Origin: Daphnia carinata
Taxonomy: Eukaryota
Assembly: GCF_022539665.2 (NCBI RefSeq)
Contig: NC_081331.1
Coordinates: 5,270,001-5,334,000, forward strand
DNA length: 64,000 nucleotides
Reading direction: 5' to 3'
This document shows positions 63,034-64,000 of this stretch, in pieces. Numbering within the stretch: the first letter of the stretch is position 1; each line of letters begins with the position of its first letter. The notes under the pieces were generated by a model that was given only the letters and a program-made list of their open reading frames with translations, was not told the origin of the DNA and searched no databases. Made by a program: the position numbers and the translations under genes.

Positions 63034-64000
63034 ATTAACAACGGGAATGAAATTCGTTCTCGTGCATCTTCCGCTAAGGACGAGCTGCACTGATTTAATG
63101 ATATGTCAAAGACCCTTATGGAACCGTCAGAGCACGCTAATAGTGGTCTGTCGGAGGCCGACCATTCTGCATCCAAAATAGAAAGATAATCTCGAAAAGG
63201 GGAATTTTTCCATTGTCCCAACCGCTCGCTTTCTGTATGACAAAATATATTTTTTTTGCAACCACTCAACGTTGAATATCAAAACAAATTCTCGTTACCT
63301 TTCACATCCCAGATATCAAGACCTTCCATATGAAGTACGAGTAGCTTCATATTATTCTTCCCTGGAGCAAACCTTAATTTCCGAATGGGACTCTTGGAGT
63401 GGGGCAAGGGACGGAAGTGGCGTGTTCTCCATTCCCAAATGGCGACGCCACCTTCTGCGTCGCCAAGAGCCATCCACTCGCTTTTCCATGCCATTGAGAC
63501 GATCCCGTTCAAAGTGTTCTAATAAACACAATTCATAAGCAATTATTGATTTGACAGCAAAACATTAAAGAATTACCGGCGGCGACAGTCGTGCACCGTC
63601 TTTGACCACACTTCCATCGACAGTCAAGTGGTAAAGATTTCCATCCGGATCAGCGAACACAAAAAACTCCTTTACGCTCATACCCGTCAACAAGGTGACA
63701 CCTATCAAAGTAAAGATTATGGCACTAAAACAATTTACTCAAATAGACGAGGACGCTTTACTTGAATCTGAATCTTCGGCTAGAGATTTCTTTACATGTC
63801 GCTGAAGATGGGAAGGTAGCCACTCTAGACTAGTGATGGTAGGAAAACGTTTCGGGAGTGTGCGGATAAGAGTCAAATGACGCAAATCCCACAGCTCAGG
63901 TGGCGCTTCCTTAAAGACTACCATAAAGTATTGCTTTAACGGCGAAACGCGCACGAGCTCTATTGGCGATTCTTCTCCTCGATCGGCTCGAATTGACACT
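63034..64000 (-). CDS. WDR11: WD repeat-containing protein 11, internal exons only
   Basis: RGEESPIELVRVSPLKQYFMVVFKEAPPELWDLR...FPTITSLEWLPSH, KEFFVFADPDGNLYH, IRKLRFAPGKNNMKLLVL and ILDAEWSASDRPLLACSDGSIRV follow the WDR11 sequence. Cut by the window end (5') and the gap (3'). Confidence 0.92.

Overview
Eukaryotic genomic DNA from a compact arthropod genome. Many short (~60-80 nt) GT-AG introns and tightly packed genes suggest a crustacean such as Daphnia (inference, not a database result). Bases 1-49.9 kb hold nine spliced protein-coding genes: junctophilin (-, 3' end runs off the window), an MDC1-like tandem-BRCT protein with no FHA domain (-), ATMIN/ASCIZ (+), ENTR1/SDCCAG3 (-), RAB5IF/C20orf24 (+), an adhesion GPCR with C-type-lectin-like modules (-), TACC with a 24-bp EEEPVPVL array (+), CREBRF/REPTOR (+) and ARHGAP19 (+). 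Bases 50.2-62.9 kb have no intact gene and are rich in repeats. They contain a ~9.26-kb segment bounded by 16-bp terminal inverted repeats with AT flanks (candidate non-autonomous DNA transposon). Inside it are decayed spliced gene fragments, a nested MITE, two back-to-back pairs of tRNA-derived Pol III elements and CTCF-like motifs. Next to it is a 1174-bp inverted repeat that ends at a 100-N assembly gap. Beyond the gap lie internal exons of WDR11 (-). No prokaryotic-type systems (CRISPR, operons, rRNA) are supported. All family assignments come from recalled motifs, and exon boundaries were placed by eye.
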